From: an uncultured Gemmatimonadales bacterium
GTDB taxonomy: Bacteria; Gemmatimonadota; Gemmatimonadetes; Longimicrobiales; Gaopeijiaceae
Assembly: GCA_963823035.1 (NCBI GenBank)
Contig: CAWGKG010000016.1
Location: 1 to 64,000 of the forward strand
Reading direction: 5' to 3'
Length of the DNA: 64,000 nucleotides
Positions 48,415 through 62,447 of the stretch are shown here, piece after piece. Every line of letters begins with the position of its first letter. Position 1 is the first letter of the stretch. The notes below the pieces were generated by a model. That model was given only the letters and a program-made list of their open reading frames with translations. It was not told the origin of the DNA and searched no databases. A program made the translations under genes and the position numbers.

Positions 48415-49399
48415 ATGATCTCTGTCGAGGCCGTGACGAAGCGGTACGGCGACCTGGTCGCCGTGGACGCGCCTGACGTTCGAGGTGGACCGGGGAGAGG
48501 TGGTGGGCTTCCTCGGGCCCAACGGCGCCGGAAAGACCACCACCATGCGCATGCTCACGGGCACGCTGCAGCCCGACGAAGGCGAGGTTCGCTTCGAGGG
48601 CGCTCCCATCGCGCGGGACCTCACCGCCGCGAAGCGGCGCGTGGGCTACCTTCCGGAAGCGAATCCGCTGTACGACGAGATGCTCGTCGCCGAGTACCTC
48701 GAGTACGTCGCGGAGCTGCGCCGGCTCTCGGGGCCCGAGCTGCGCTCGGGGATGGCGGACGCGGTCGACGAGACCGACATCGCGGACGTCTTCTACCGCC
48801 CGGTGGGAGAGCTCTCCAAGGGCTACCGGCAGAGGATCGGGCTCGCGGCCGCGATCCTGCACCGGCCCGAGGTGCTCATCCTCGACGAGCCCACCGAGGG
48901 GCTCGACCCGAACCAGCGCGTGGAGATCCGCCGTCTGGTGGGCGCCCTGGGGCGAGAGCGGACCGTCCTGCTCAGCACGCACGTGATGCAGGAGGTCGAA
49001 GCCACGTGCTCGCGCCTGATCATCCTGCGGCGCGGCAGCCTGGCCGCCGACGGCAGCGTGCAGGACCTGCTGGCGGCCGGGAAGGGGGCGGCCCGCTACG
49101 TCGTGGAGGCCGAGGGAGAAGGCGTCGCGGCAGCGCTGGCCGGCCTTCCCGGGGTGAGCGCGCACGAGGCCCGGTTGGTGGACGGGCGCACGCGCGTGAG
49201 CCTCGACGCACCGGGCGACGACGAGCTCCGCCCCTCGATCTTCGGCCTCGCGCGCGACCGGGGGTGGACGCTGTGGGAGCTGCATCGCGAGCGCGCGAGC
49301 CTGGAGCAGCTCTTCCGCGACCTGACGTCGGAGCCGGCGGCCGGAGGCGCGGGCCCCGCTGCCGAAGCGACCGCAGCGGACGAGGAGGTGGCCCGATGA
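48415..49399 (+). CDS. ABC transporter ATP-binding protein, GldA-like (frameshift at about 48470)
   Basis: GFLGPNGAGKTTT, LSKGYRQRIGLA, ILDEPTEGLDPNQ, LSTH. Confidence 0.9.
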
Positions 49400-51621
49400 T
49401 CCGCTCCACCTGGACCGTCGCCCGCCGCGAGCTGCGCGGCTACTTCGACCATCCGACGGCGTACGTGCTGGCCGTGGCGTTCCTGGCCGTGTCGCTCTTC
49501 CTGGCGTTCCGGAGCATGTACGCGCAGGGCGTGGCCTCGCTGCGGCCGATCTTCGACCTGCTGCCGATCCTCTTCGCCGTGTTCGTGCCGGCGGCCACCA
49601 TGCGCAGCCTGGCCGAGGAGCGCCGGGGCCACACGCTCGACTGGCTCCTGGCGCAGCCGGTGAACGAGATGGAGGTCGTGCTCGGGAAGTTCCTGGGCGA
49701 CTGGATCTTCGTGCTCGTGGTGCTGGCCGGGACGCTCCCGACCGCCGTGGGCGTGCTCGCCGTGTCGGACGCCGACCCCGGGATCGTGGTCGCCCAGTAC
49801 GTGGGCGCCGCCCTCCTCGCCGCGCAGCTCGTCGCGGTGGGGCTGTGGGCGTCCAGCGTGACCCGCAACCAGATCACCGCGTTCATCACGGCGGCGGCGA
49901 TCAGCTTCGTGCTCTTCCTCATGGGCCACCCGGTCGTGCAGATCGGGCTGCCGCCCCTGCTGTCCGGGCTCGTGGCGCGCCTCTCCGTGCTCAGCCACTT
50001 CCAGAACGTGGCGCGCGGCGTGGTCGACCTGCGCGACGTGCTCTACTTCGCGTCCACGGCCGCGCTCTTCCTCGTGCTGGCGGTGGCGGCGGTCAGCCGC
50101 GAGCGGCTGAGTCCCGTGGGCGGGGACTACCGGAGGCTCCGCCTGGGCGCGCTGGTGACGGCCGCGCTCGTCGTCGCGCTGAACCTGCTCGGCAGCCACG
50201 TGCGCGGCCGCCTCGACCTGACGCGGGACAACCTGTACACGCTCGCGGACGGCACGCGCTCGCTCCTGGGCGACCTCGACGACCTGGTGCAGGTGAAGCT
50301 GTACGCTTCGAGCCAGCTCCCGCCCGAGATCCAGCTCCAGCTGCGTGACGTGCGCGACCTGCTGTCGGACATGCAGCGCGCCTCGGACGGGAAGCTCGTC
50401 GTGACGGAGGAGAACCCCGACAACGACGACGCCGCGGCGCAGGAGGCCTCTTCGTTCGGGATCTCGCCGATCGAGTTCAACGTGCTGCGCAACGACGAGT
50501 TCCAGGTCAAGCGAGGGTATTACGGCCTCGCGGTCGTCTACGCGGACAAGCACGAGGTGATGCCCGTCATCCAGAGCACCGCGGACCTGGAGTTCAGGCT
50601 CGCCTCGACGATCTCCGGCATGACGTCCACCGAGAAGCGCGGCGTCGCGTTCGTGTCCGACTTCGGCGCGATGGGGCCGTACGCGATCCCCGGGCTTTCG
50701 CAGAGCCTGTCGGACCGCTTCCAGCTCCGCTCGGTGAAGGTGGCGGGCGACTCGGCCCCACCGATCGCGCGCGACTCGACGGACGTGCTGGTGGTGGCGG
50801 CCCCGCAGCAGCCGCTGGACTCCGCGGCCGTGAGGCGCGTGCGCGACTTCGTGGATGCGGGCGGCTCCGCGCTGGTGCTGCTCGAGCCGGTGCAGATCGA
50901 CGGGCAGAGCATGTCCGCCATGCCGATGCGCTCCGGGCTCGAGGGCTTCCTGGGCGAGCACGGCATCAAGGTGAACAGCGACGTGGTGTACGACCTCGCG
51001 TCCAGCCAGAACGTCTCGCTCGGACGGCGCGGGCTGTTCAACGTGGTCGCGCCCTATCCGCTCTGGCCGATCGTGGTGCCGTCGCGCTCGCACCCGATCA
51101 CGCAGGGTCTCAACTCCCTCACGCTGGCGTGGGCGGGTCCGCTCGTGGTGACGGACACCACGCACGTGACGCCGATCCTGCAGACCACCGAGTCCGCCGG
51201 TGTGCGGCCGGCGGGCGGTTCCATCGCCGCCGACCAGGATTGGGGCAACCAGGCGGACGACGACCTCGCCGTGCGCACGGTCGCCGTGGCCGTGGACCCC
51301 GGCGCCGACGCCACCACGGGCCGCATGGTCGTGGTGGACGACGGCACCTTCCTGCAGGGTCAGTTCGTGCAGTCGGATCCGCAGAACGTGGTGTTCGTGG
51401 CGAACGCCATCGACTGGCTGGCGCAGGACGAGGCGCTCATCCGTATCCGCTCGAAGGATCGCACGCCCCCATCGCTGGCCTTCGAGTCGGACGTGGGGAA
51501 GAGCTTGCTGAAGTGGGGGAACCTGGTGGGGATGCCGCTGTTGTTCGTGCTCGCCGGGCTCCTCTGGGTGGGGGGTCGGCGGCGGCGTGCGGAAGGCCGG
51601 TGGAAGGAGGTGGTCGCATGA
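49396..51621 (+). CDS. GldF-GldG-like fused ABC permease / GIFT-domain protein
   Basis: RRELRGYF, TMRSLAEERR, GVVDLRDVLYF (GldF-like); RLDLTRDNLYTL, NAIDWLAQDEALIRIRSK (GldG-like). Confidence 0.88.
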   Translation: MIRSTWTVARRELRGYFDHPTAYVLAVAFLAVSLFLAFRSMYAQGVASLRPIFDLLPILFAVFVPAATMRSLAEERRGHTLDWLLAQPVNEMEVVLGKFLGDWIFVLVVLAGTLPTAVGVLAVSDADPGIVVAQYVGAALLAAQLVAVGLWASSVTRNQITAFITAAAISFVLFLMGHPVVQIGLPPLLSGLVARLSVLSHFQNVARGVVDLRDVLYFASTAALFLVLAVAAVSRERLSPVGGDYRRLRLGALVTAALVVALNLLGSHVRGRLDLTRDNLYTLADGTRSLLGDLDDLVQVKLYASSQLPPEIQLQLRDVRDLLSDMQRASDGKLVVTEENPDNDDAAAQEASSFGISPIEFNVLRNDEFQVKRGYYGLAVVYADKHEVMPVIQSTADLEFRLASTISGMTSTEKRGVAFVSDFGAMGPYAIPGLSQSLSDRFQLRSVKVAGDSAPPIARDSTDVLVVAAPQQPLDSAAVRRVRDFVDAGGSALVLLEPVQIDGQSMSAMPMRSGLEGFLGEHGIKVNSDVVYDLASSQNVSLGRRGLFNVVAPYPLWPIVVPSRSHPITQGLNSLTLAWAGPLVVTDTTHVTPILQTTESAGVRPAGGSIAADQDWGNQADDDLAVRTVAVAVDPGADATTGRMVVVDDGTFLQGQFVQSDPQNVVFVANAIDWLAQDEALIRIRSKDRTPPSLAFESDVGKSLLKWGNLVGMPLLFVLAGLLWVGGRRRRAEGRWKEVVA

Positions 51622-52529
51622 GTGCGGCGACGCTGAGGAAGCTGGTGCTGGCGCTGGTGGTGGTGCTGCTGTTGTGGGGCGGCGTCTCCGTGCTGTCCGG
51701 AAAGGGCGGGGGGAAGGCGCCGACCGGGGCGATCGCGGGCGTTCTCGACGGCCTCACCGAGAGCGGTGTCACGGCGGTGCACATGGCGCGCGCCGGGGAC
51801 ACCGTGGCACTGGTGCGCACGGGCGAGGCGTGGCGCGTGAACGGCTACGACGCCGATTCCGCCGCCGTGGCGGGGCTGTTCGGCACCCTCGGCGACACGC
51901 GCATCGGCGACCTCGTGGCGAGCAATCCCGCCAACCACGCGCGCATGGGGGTGAGCGAGGACAGCGCCTGGACGGTCGTGTTCGACGTCGGGGGCGGGTC
52001 GCGCACGCTCCTGGTGGGCGACCGCGGCCCGCGCTACGGCACGGCGTACGTGCGCATGCCGGGCGAGGACGAGGTCTACCTCGCGGAGGGGGACCTGCGC
52101 GCGCGCATGGACCGCTCGGTCACCGAGTGGCGGAGGAAGCGCATGGCCGCGGTGGACACGGGCGAGGTCGCGCGCGTCGAGGTGGAGCGTGGCGGCGAGC
52201 CGTACGCGGTGGTGCGCGCGGACAGCTCGTGGACGCTCGAGGGCGGCGCGAAGGCGGACTCGAGCACCGTGGACGCGATGCTCACGGCGCTCGCGGACGT
52301 GCGGGCCGACGGCTTCGCGGCCGCAGGCGACTCGGTGGCGGCGCTTCCCGAGGAGGTGGCCCTGCGCGCGCTGTCCGCCTCCGGCGACACGCTCGCCGCG
52401 CTCACCTTCGGCGAGGGGAGCGGCACCCGCTGGGCGCGGGCGCGCGGGGACTCCGTCGTCTACACGGTGTCCGGCTGGCGCGTCGACCGCATGGCGCCCA
52501 CGCGGGACAAGGTGGTCTCCGGGGGTTGA
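51618..52529 (+). CDS. DUF4340 domain protein
   Basis: N-terminal TM, two repeats (W..GYDADSAAV / W.LEGGAKADSSTV), EWRRK; typical position after GldG-like genes. Confidence 0.8.
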   Translation: MSAATLRKLVLALVVVLLLWGGVSVLSGKGGGKAPTGAIAGVLDGLTESGVTAVHMARAGDTVALVRTGEAWRVNGYDADSAAVAGLFGTLGDTRIGDLVASNPANHARMGVSEDSAWTVVFDVGGGSRTLLVGDRGPRYGTAYVRMPGEDEVYLAEGDLRARMDRSVTEWRRKRMAAVDTGEVARVEVERGGEPYAVVRADSSWTLEGGAKADSSTVDAMLTALADVRADGFAAAGDSVAALPEEVALRALSASGDTLAALTFGEGSGTRWARARGDSVVYTVSGWRVDRMAPTRDKVVSGG

Positions 52530-52538
52530 GCCGGAGCA

Positions 52539-52581
52539 CCCGGGGAGGCGGGGGCGGCTCGATGCCGCCCCGCTCCCCGGG
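52539..52581. terminator. hairpin between convergent genes
   Basis: cccggggag-gcg-ggggcggc / gccgcccc-gc-tccccggg inverted repeat. Confidence 0.5.
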
Positions 52582-52589
52582 AAGACCCC

Positions 52590-54152
52590 TCAGTCCGTCC
52601 CGAAGCGGAGGCCCTGCGCGAGCGGGAGCTCCGTGCTCCAGTTGACCGTGTTGGTCTGGCGGCGCATGTAGGCCTTCCATGCGTCGGATCCGGACTCGCG
52701 GCCGCCGCCCGTCTCCTTCTCGCCGCCGAACGCCCCGCCGATCTCGGCGCCGCTGGTGCCGATGTTCACGTTCGCGATGCCGCAGTCGGAGCCGCGGTGG
52801 GAGAGGAAGGTCTCCGCCTCGCGCACGTTCTCGGTGAAGATCGACGACGAGAGTCCCTGCGGGACGCCGTTGTGGATGGCCAGCGCCTCGCCGATCTCGT
52901 CCACGGCCTCCGCCGGCGACGCGTTCTCGGCGCCGTACTCGAGGATGTACAGGATCGGCGCGAACGTCTCCTCCTGCACGATGTCGTACTCGTTGCGCGC
53001 CCCCGCGATGCACGGCGTGACGTACAGCCCGCCCGGCCAGGCGTCGCCCTCGAGGCGGTCCCCTCCGTAGAGGATGACGCCGCCCTCCTCGACCACGCGC
53101 CGCTTCGCCGTGAGCAGGTCCTTCACGGCCTGCTCGTTCACGACCGGCCCCATGAGCGTCTTCTCGTCCATGGGGTTGCCGATCGGGATCGTCTCGTACG
53201 CCGCCACCAGGCGGCGCACCAGCTCGTTGCGGATCGACGCGTGCACGATGATGCGCCGCGTGCTCGTGCAGCGCTGCCCGGCCGTGCCCACCGCGCCGAA
53301 CAGGATGGCCGGGAGCACCAGGTCGAGGCGCGCGCTCGGCGTGACGATGATGGCGTTGTTGCCACCCAGCTCGAGGATCGTGCGCCCGAGGCGCTCGCCC
53401 ACGACCTGCGCGACGTGCCTGCCCACGGGGGTGCTGCCCGTCGCGGACACGAGCGGGACGCGGCCGTCGTGCAGCAGCCGATCGCCGACCGTGGAGCCCT
53501 TGCCCACCACGAGCGAGAAGACCGCCGGGTCGACGCCGTTCTCCTCGCACACCGCGGCGGCGATCTTCGTGACCGCGATCGCCGTGAGCGGCGTCTTGGA
53601 GGCCGGCTTCCACAGCGTCGCGTCGCCGCACACCGCGGCGAGCGCGGCGTTCCAGCTCCACACGGCGACGGGGAAGTTGAACGCGCTGATCACGCCCACC
53701 ACGCCGAGCGGATGCCACTGCTCGCGCATGTGGTGGTCCTGGCGCTCCGACTGCATGGTCAGCCCGTAGAGCTGGCGCGACAGCCCGACGGCGAAGTCGC
53801 AGATGTCGATCATCTCCTGCACCTCGCCACGTCCCTCCGCGAGGATCTTGCCCATCTCGAGGGTGACCAGGGCACCGAGGTCGTCCTTCTTCTCCCGGAG
53901 CCGGTTGCCGAGGAGACGGACGATCTCGCCGCGCTTGGGCGCCGGGACCTTCCTCCACGCGAGGAAGGCGGCTTGGGCGCGGGCGACGATGTCGTCGTAC
54001 TCCTCCTCGGTCACCTGGCGCACCGTGGCGAGGCGCGCGCCGTCGTTGGGGGAGAGGACTTCGAGGTCCGGGCCGGATCCCACCCAGTCACCGGCGAATC
54101 CGCCGGGATTCACGTCTTCGATGCCGAGGGACCGCAGGATCTGCTCGCTCAT
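52590..54152 (-). CDS. aldehyde dehydrogenase, ALDH7 / piperideine-6-carboxylate dehydrogenase family
   Basis: VPAPKRGEIVR, ISAFNFPVAVWSWN, LELGGNN, GTAGQRCT, GGEKETGGGRESGSDAWK. Confidence 0.95.
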   Translation of the reverse strand: MSEQILRSLGIEDVNPGGFAGDWVGSGPDLEVLSPNDGARLATVRQVTEEEYDDIVARAQAAFLAWRKVPAPKRGEIVRLLGNRLREKKDDLGALVTLEMGKILAEGRGEVQEMIDICDFAVGLSRQLYGLTMQSERQDHHMREQWHPLGVVGVISAFNFPVAVWSWNAALAAVCGDATLWKPASKTPLTAIAVTKIAAAVCEENGVDPAVFSLVVGKGSTVGDRLLHDGRVPLVSATGSTPVGRHVAQVVGERLGRTILELGGNNAIIVTPSARLDLVLPAILFGAVGTAGQRCTSTRRIIVHASIRNELVRRLVAAYETIPIGNPMDEKTLMGPVVNEQAVKDLLTAKRRVVEEGGVILYGGDRLEGDAWPGGLYVTPCIAGARNEYDIVQEETFAPILYILEYGAENASPAEAVDEIGEALAIHNGVPQGLSSSIFTENVREAETFLSHRGSDCGIANVNIGTSGAEIGGAFGGEKETGGGRESGSDAWKAYMRRQTNTVNWSTELPLAQGLRFGTD

Positions 54153-54372
54153 GCTTCCATTCCGGGGAATGCGGCGCCGCCGGGGCGCACGCGGTCGCGT
54201 CCATTCGGGGTGTCTCGCGGGCCGGGGGCCGGCCAGCCCAGAAGTCTCTCACAGGAATCACCGCATTGGAAGGGCATCCGGGACAGCGAACGCGGCGCCC
54301 AGGGAACGTCGCAGCTTATTCTCGGTTATACCGACAGGCCGATGCCGCGAGATCCCATGGAAAGGACCCCAC

Positions 54373-54741
54373 ATGGCGCGAGAATGGCTGGAACGCGACG
54401 ACCTCTCCGTATTCGTCGTCTCCGGTGCCCCCAAGGGCTTCAATCGACGCCTCAAGTCGTTCCTGCACAAGGAGTTGGGGGAAGACACCGAGTCCCTGCG
54501 CGTGAAAGACGACCTGGCCGAGTGGGTACTCGCCAGGGTCCAGGGCGAATATCGGCGCGACTCGCAGCGCAGCCCCGCTTCGCGCGCGCTGTGGCGCGCG
54601 TTCCGCGCCCTGGCGGCCGCGCGCTACCACCTGCGGGGCGACGAAAAGCGGGAGGCTCAGCTCCGTAAGCTGCGTGACAAGGTCGAGACGTACTGGATCG
54701 AGACGAGCCCGATGCTCAAGAACGGTGACGACGACGACTGA
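54373..54741 (+). CDS. hypothetical protein
   Basis: AAGGA RBS, coding-like codon usage, 122 aa, acidic tail. Confidence 0.65.
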   Translation: MAREWLERDDLSVFVVSGAPKGFNRRLKSFLHKELGEDTESLRVKDDLAEWVLARVQGEYRRDSQRSPASRALWRAFRALAAARYHLRGDEKREAQLRKLRDKVETYWIETSPMLKNGDDDD

Positions 54742-54805
54742 GCCGCGGGCCATCGTCGCGACGAACGCCCAACGCGTCGCGAGGACAGGCCACCTGCTTC
54801 GCAGC

Positions 54806-57188
54806 GTGCGCATCCTTCCGGCGCTCGCCTGCGCCGGGTGGGCGGCTTGCGCCCCGGAGCCCACGTACGACTCGTGGACGACCCGGCGGCGTGGGTCGAT
54901 CCGCTGATCGGTACGGCCAACGGTGGAAATACCGTGCCGGGCGCGGTCGTCCCCTTCGGCATGGTGCAGTGGAGCCCCGAGACCACGCGGGGCGACGCGA
55001 CCCGCCGTCCCGCTCCCGGCGGCTACCAGTACGACGCCACGCGCGTGCGCGGCTTCAGCCTCACGCACCTCTCCGGAACGGGGTGTCGCGGGGCTTCGGG
55101 CGACGTGCCCTTCCTCCCCTGGACGGACAGCGTGCCCGCGTCGCCGTCCGCCGACTCCGAGGACCGCCGCTACTCCGTGCGCTTCAGCCACGCCAACGAG
55201 ACGGCGGAGGCCGGCTACTACGGGGTGCGCCTCGCTTCCGGCGTGGCCGTGGAGCTGACCGCCACCCCGCGCACCGGCTCGGGCCGCTTCACCTTCCCGC
55301 CGGACGGGCCGGCCGCGCTGCTCGTCCGCACCTCCGACTCGGAGGTCGGCTCGAGCGACGCGCACGCCGTGGTGGATCCCGGACGCGCACACGGTCAGCG
55401 GCCGGGTGTCGAGCGGCAACTTCTGCGGGTACATCGACCCGGTCACGCGCCACAGCTACTACACGCTCTACTTCGTCGCCGAGTTCGATCGCCCCTTCTC
55501 CGGGACGGGCGCCTGGACCGACGGGACGCTGCTCCCGGGCGCCGTCGAGGCGAGCGGCGGCACCACCTACGGTACGGACGGCTACCCGGTGCCCGGGCGG
55601 GGCTCGGGGGTGTGGGTCGGCTTCGACACCGGCGACGGTACCGTGGTGAACGTGCGCGTGGGCATCTCCTACGTGGGCGTGGCGGAGGCGCGGGCCAACC
55701 TGGCGTCGGAGAACCCGGAGGGCACCCCCTTCGAGACGGTGCGCGACCGCAGCCCGTGCGGCGTGGAACGGCCGGCTGTCGCAGATCCGGGTCGGCGGCG
55801 GCACCCCGGCGCGGCTGCGCACCTTCTACACGGCGCTCTATCACGCGCTGCTGCACCCCAACGTCTTCAGTGACGCCGACGGGCGGTACGCCGGCTTCGA
55901 CGGCCAGGTGCACACGGTGGCCGACGGGCAGAAGGCGCAGTACGCGAACTTCTCCGGGTGGGACGTCTACCGCTCGCAGCTCCAGCTCGTGTCCTTCCTC
56001 GACCGGGAGGTAGGCAGCGACATCGCGCAGTCGCTCCTCGCGCAGGCCGAGCAGAACGGCGGGGTGTGGGACCGTTGGACGCACAACACCGGCGCTACGC
56101 ACGTGATGGAGGGAGACGCGTCGGCCGCCGCGATCGCGGGGATCCACGCTTTCGGCGCCGAGTCGTTCGACGTGTCCGGGGCCTTCGCGTCCCTCGCTCG
56201 CGCCGCGCGCGTGCCCACGGCGCTCGACTCGAGCGACGTGGGGTGTCGGGTCATGTGTCCCGGCCAGCGGCCGTCGCTGGATGCGTGGCTCACGCTGCAC
56301 TACATCCCGGCGGAGGGTAACGCGTGGGGCGGAGCGGGGGAGACGCTCGAAGACGCGATCGCCGACTTCGGGTTGGCACAGATGGCCGCCCGCCTGGGCG
56401 ACGCCGGCGCGCACCGGGAGTTCCTGGAGCGCTCCGGCTACTGGCGGAACCTCTACAACCCGGACGCGACCCCCGGGCGCGGCTACGTTCAGGACCGGAA
56501 CGCGGACGGAAGCTGGACGGAATTCGACCCCGCGTCGAGCCGCGGCTTCGCGGAGGGCTCGAGCGCGCAGTACACGTGGATGGTGCCCTTCGACGCGCGC
56601 GGCCTCTTCGATGCGATGGGTGGCGACTCGGTCGCGGTCGCCCGGCTGGACGACTTCTTCCACACGCCGGACGGCGGCTGGGCGTTGACGGGGCTGGGCG
56701 GCATGCACGCGGAGATGGACAACGAGCCGTCCGTGGGCGCGCCCTTCCTCTACCTCTTCGCCGGCCGCCCGGATCGCGCGCAGGAGATCATGCGCCGGGT
56801 GCTCGACGCGCTCTGGAGCGACCGTCCCCACGGCATTCCCGGCAACGACGACCTCGGGCAGATGTCGTCGTGGTACGTGTGGACGTCGATGGGGCTCTAC
56901 CCGGCGATCCCCGGCCGGGCCGAGCTCGTGCTCGGCACCCCGCTCTTCCCTGCGATCGAGGTCCGACGGCGCGCCGGGCCGGTGATCCGTGTCGAGGCGC
57001 CGGGCGCCGACAGCCTGGTCTACGTGCGCGCCCTGAGCGTGGACGGCCAGCCGACCACCCGAAGCTGGCTCCCCGAGTCGTTCGTCGCCGCGGGGGGGCA
57101 GCTCCGCTTCACGCTCTCCGCGGTGCCCGACACCCTCTGGGGGCGCGGCGCCGACGACGTGCCCCCGTCGTTCGGACCGGGAGGGTAG
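54806..57188 (+). CDS. GH92 alpha-1,2-mannosidase family glycosyl hydrolase (frameshifts at about 54880, 55385, 55755; start uncertain)
   Basis: VDPLIGT, PGAVVPFGMVQWSP, GFSLTHLSGTGC, FSGWDVYRS, EGSSAQYTW, DNEP, PGNDDLGQMSSW. Confidence 0.9.
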
Positions 57189-57215
57189 GGACGACCCGGC
57201 CAGGTCGCGCCGGAG

Positions 57216-60779
<3,564 letters not shown>

Positions 60780-61045
60780 TTCGGACGCGCGAATGGGGGT
60801 GTGGGCGCCGGCGGACGGACCATTGTAGCGGCGCGCGCGCCGCGCGAACAATCGCGTGCGGACGACACCCCGGAGGGAGGCGGATTCCCGGGCTGGAGCG
60901 TCGCCGGCGGACGCCTTGCGCGCCCGCGTGGCACGTGAGGCTGGCACCGCCGGGCCGCCCCATGGTAGACTGGCCGGACCGGCGCACCGAGGCGCCGTGG
61001 AACAGCGTTCGATTGGCGAAGACGACGACGAGGAGGAGCGGTCCG

Positions 61046-62167
61046 ATGCCCGAGAAGACGCAGGGGATCCAGGGGGGAGCGGGCGACGTCCTGCTCATGG
61101 TGGGGACGATGAAGGGCGCGTTCCTCTTCCGCTCGAGCGGCGATGGTGCCTGGGACGTCGACGGCCCGCACTTCCCCGGCGAGGAGGTCTACGCCATGGC
61201 GCTCGACGGGCGCGGCGGGGGGCGGACGCTGTGGGCCGCTCCGGGCAACCCCTTCTTCGGGACGACGCTGCGCCGCTCGGACGACCTGGGCGCGAGCTGG
61301 TCGGGGAAGGACGAGCGGCCCGTGAAGTTCCCGGAGGGCAGCGAGCTCGCCCTCAAGCGCATCTGGCAGATCCGGCCCGGTCGGGACGACCAGCCGGGGA
61401 AGATGTACCTGGGCGTGGAGCCCTCCTGCCTCTTCGAGAGCGCGGACGGCGGCGACAGCTGGGCGCCCGTGGAGGGCTTCATGAACCACGAGCACCGGCA
61501 GTACTGGCAGCCGGGCGCCGGCGGGCTGTGCCTGCACACGATCCTCCCGGACCCGCAGGGCGGCGACCGCATCCTGGTGGCGTTCTCGACCGGGGGCGTG
61601 TACCGGAGCGACGACGGCGGCACCACGTGGCGGCCCCGCAACGTGGGTGTGCGCGCCGAGTACCTTCCGGACAAGCACCCCGAGTTCGGGCAGTGCGTGC
61701 ACAAGGTCGTGCAACATCCCGTGCGCCCGGAGCGGCTCTTCCTGCAGAACCACTGGGGGCTGTACCGGAGCGACGACTGGGGCGATCAGTGGACGGACGT
61801 GGCGAACGGCGTGCCCTCGGACTTCGGCTTCGCGATGGCGATGCACCCGCACGACCCCGACACCGTCTACATCGTCCCGCTCGAGTCGGACCAGTTCCGC
61901 TGCACCCCGGATGCGAAGCTGAGGGTCTACCGGACCCGTGACGCCGGGGCCTCGTGGGAGGCGCTCACCGAGGGCCTGCCGCAGGAGGGCGCCTACGAGA
62001 CCGTCCTGCGCGATGCGATGGACACCGCGCCGACGAAGGCGGGTGACGTGTACTTCGGGACCCGCAGCGGGAAGGTCTACGCCTCGGGCGACGCCGGGGA
62101 CTCGTGGTCGCTCGTCTCGCAGGGCCTTCCTCCGGTCGTGTGCGTGAAGTCGGCGGTGCTGTCGTGA
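61046..62167 (+). CDS. cytoplasmic BNR/Asp-box beta-propeller ('exo-alpha-sialidase'-like) protein
   Basis: Six S/T-x-D-x-G-x-x-W Asp-boxes; no signal peptide; AGGAGGAG RBS. Confidence 0.85.
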   Translation: MPEKTQGIQGGAGDVLLMVGTMKGAFLFRSSGDGAWDVDGPHFPGEEVYAMALDGRGGGRTLWAAPGNPFFGTTLRRSDDLGASWSGKDERPVKFPEGSELALKRIWQIRPGRDDQPGKMYLGVEPSCLFESADGGDSWAPVEGFMNHEHRQYWQPGAGGLCLHTILPDPQGGDRILVAFSTGGVYRSDDGGTTWRPRNVGVRAEYLPDKHPEFGQCVHKVVQHPVRPERLFLQNHWGLYRSDDWGDQWTDVANGVPSDFGFAMAMHPHDPDTVYIVPLESDQFRCTPDAKLRVYRTRDAGASWEALTEGLPQEGAYETVLRDAMDTAPTKAGDVYFGTRSGKVYASGDAGDSWSLVSQGLPPVVCVKSAVLS

Positions 62168-62445
62168 GCGTTCGCATCGTGCTCCCCGCGCAGCTGCGCG
62201 AGCTGGCCGGCGGGCGCGCGACCGTGCCGCTGGACGGGAGCCCCGGCACGGTGGAGGAGGCGTTCGAGGCGCTGCGCGCCACCCTGCCGGGCGTCTACGA
62301 CCGGGTGGTCACGGAACGGCGCGAACTGCGACAGCACATCAACGTGTTCGTCGGCCACGAGGACATCCGCTGGACCGGGGGGCTCGGCACGCCCCTCGTC
62401 GAGGGAAGCGAGGTCGTGATCCTTCCGGCGGTCAGTGGAGGCTGA
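62164..62445 (+). CDS. MoaD/ThiS/SAMP-like ubiquitin-fold protein
   Basis: LPAQLRELAGG, INVFV, C-terminal ILPAVSGG; GTGA overlap with upstream stop. Confidence 0.92.
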   Translation: MSVRIVLPAQLRELAGGRATVPLDGSPGTVEEAFEALRATLPGVYDRVVTERRELRQHINVFVGHEDIRWTGGLGTPLVEGSEVVILPAVSGG

Positions 62446-62447
62446 GG

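Noticed and set aside
48361..51621. 1086-aa ABC mega-fusion
   Set aside because: The N-terminal third is an off-frame reading of the ATPase gene caused by an indel at about 48470.
54373..54741. Faint resemblance of SVFVVSGAPKGFNRRLKSFL to a type I-E Cas2 N-terminus
   Set aside because: The rest is helical rather than ferredoxin-like, and there are no cas genes or CRISPR repeats in the window.
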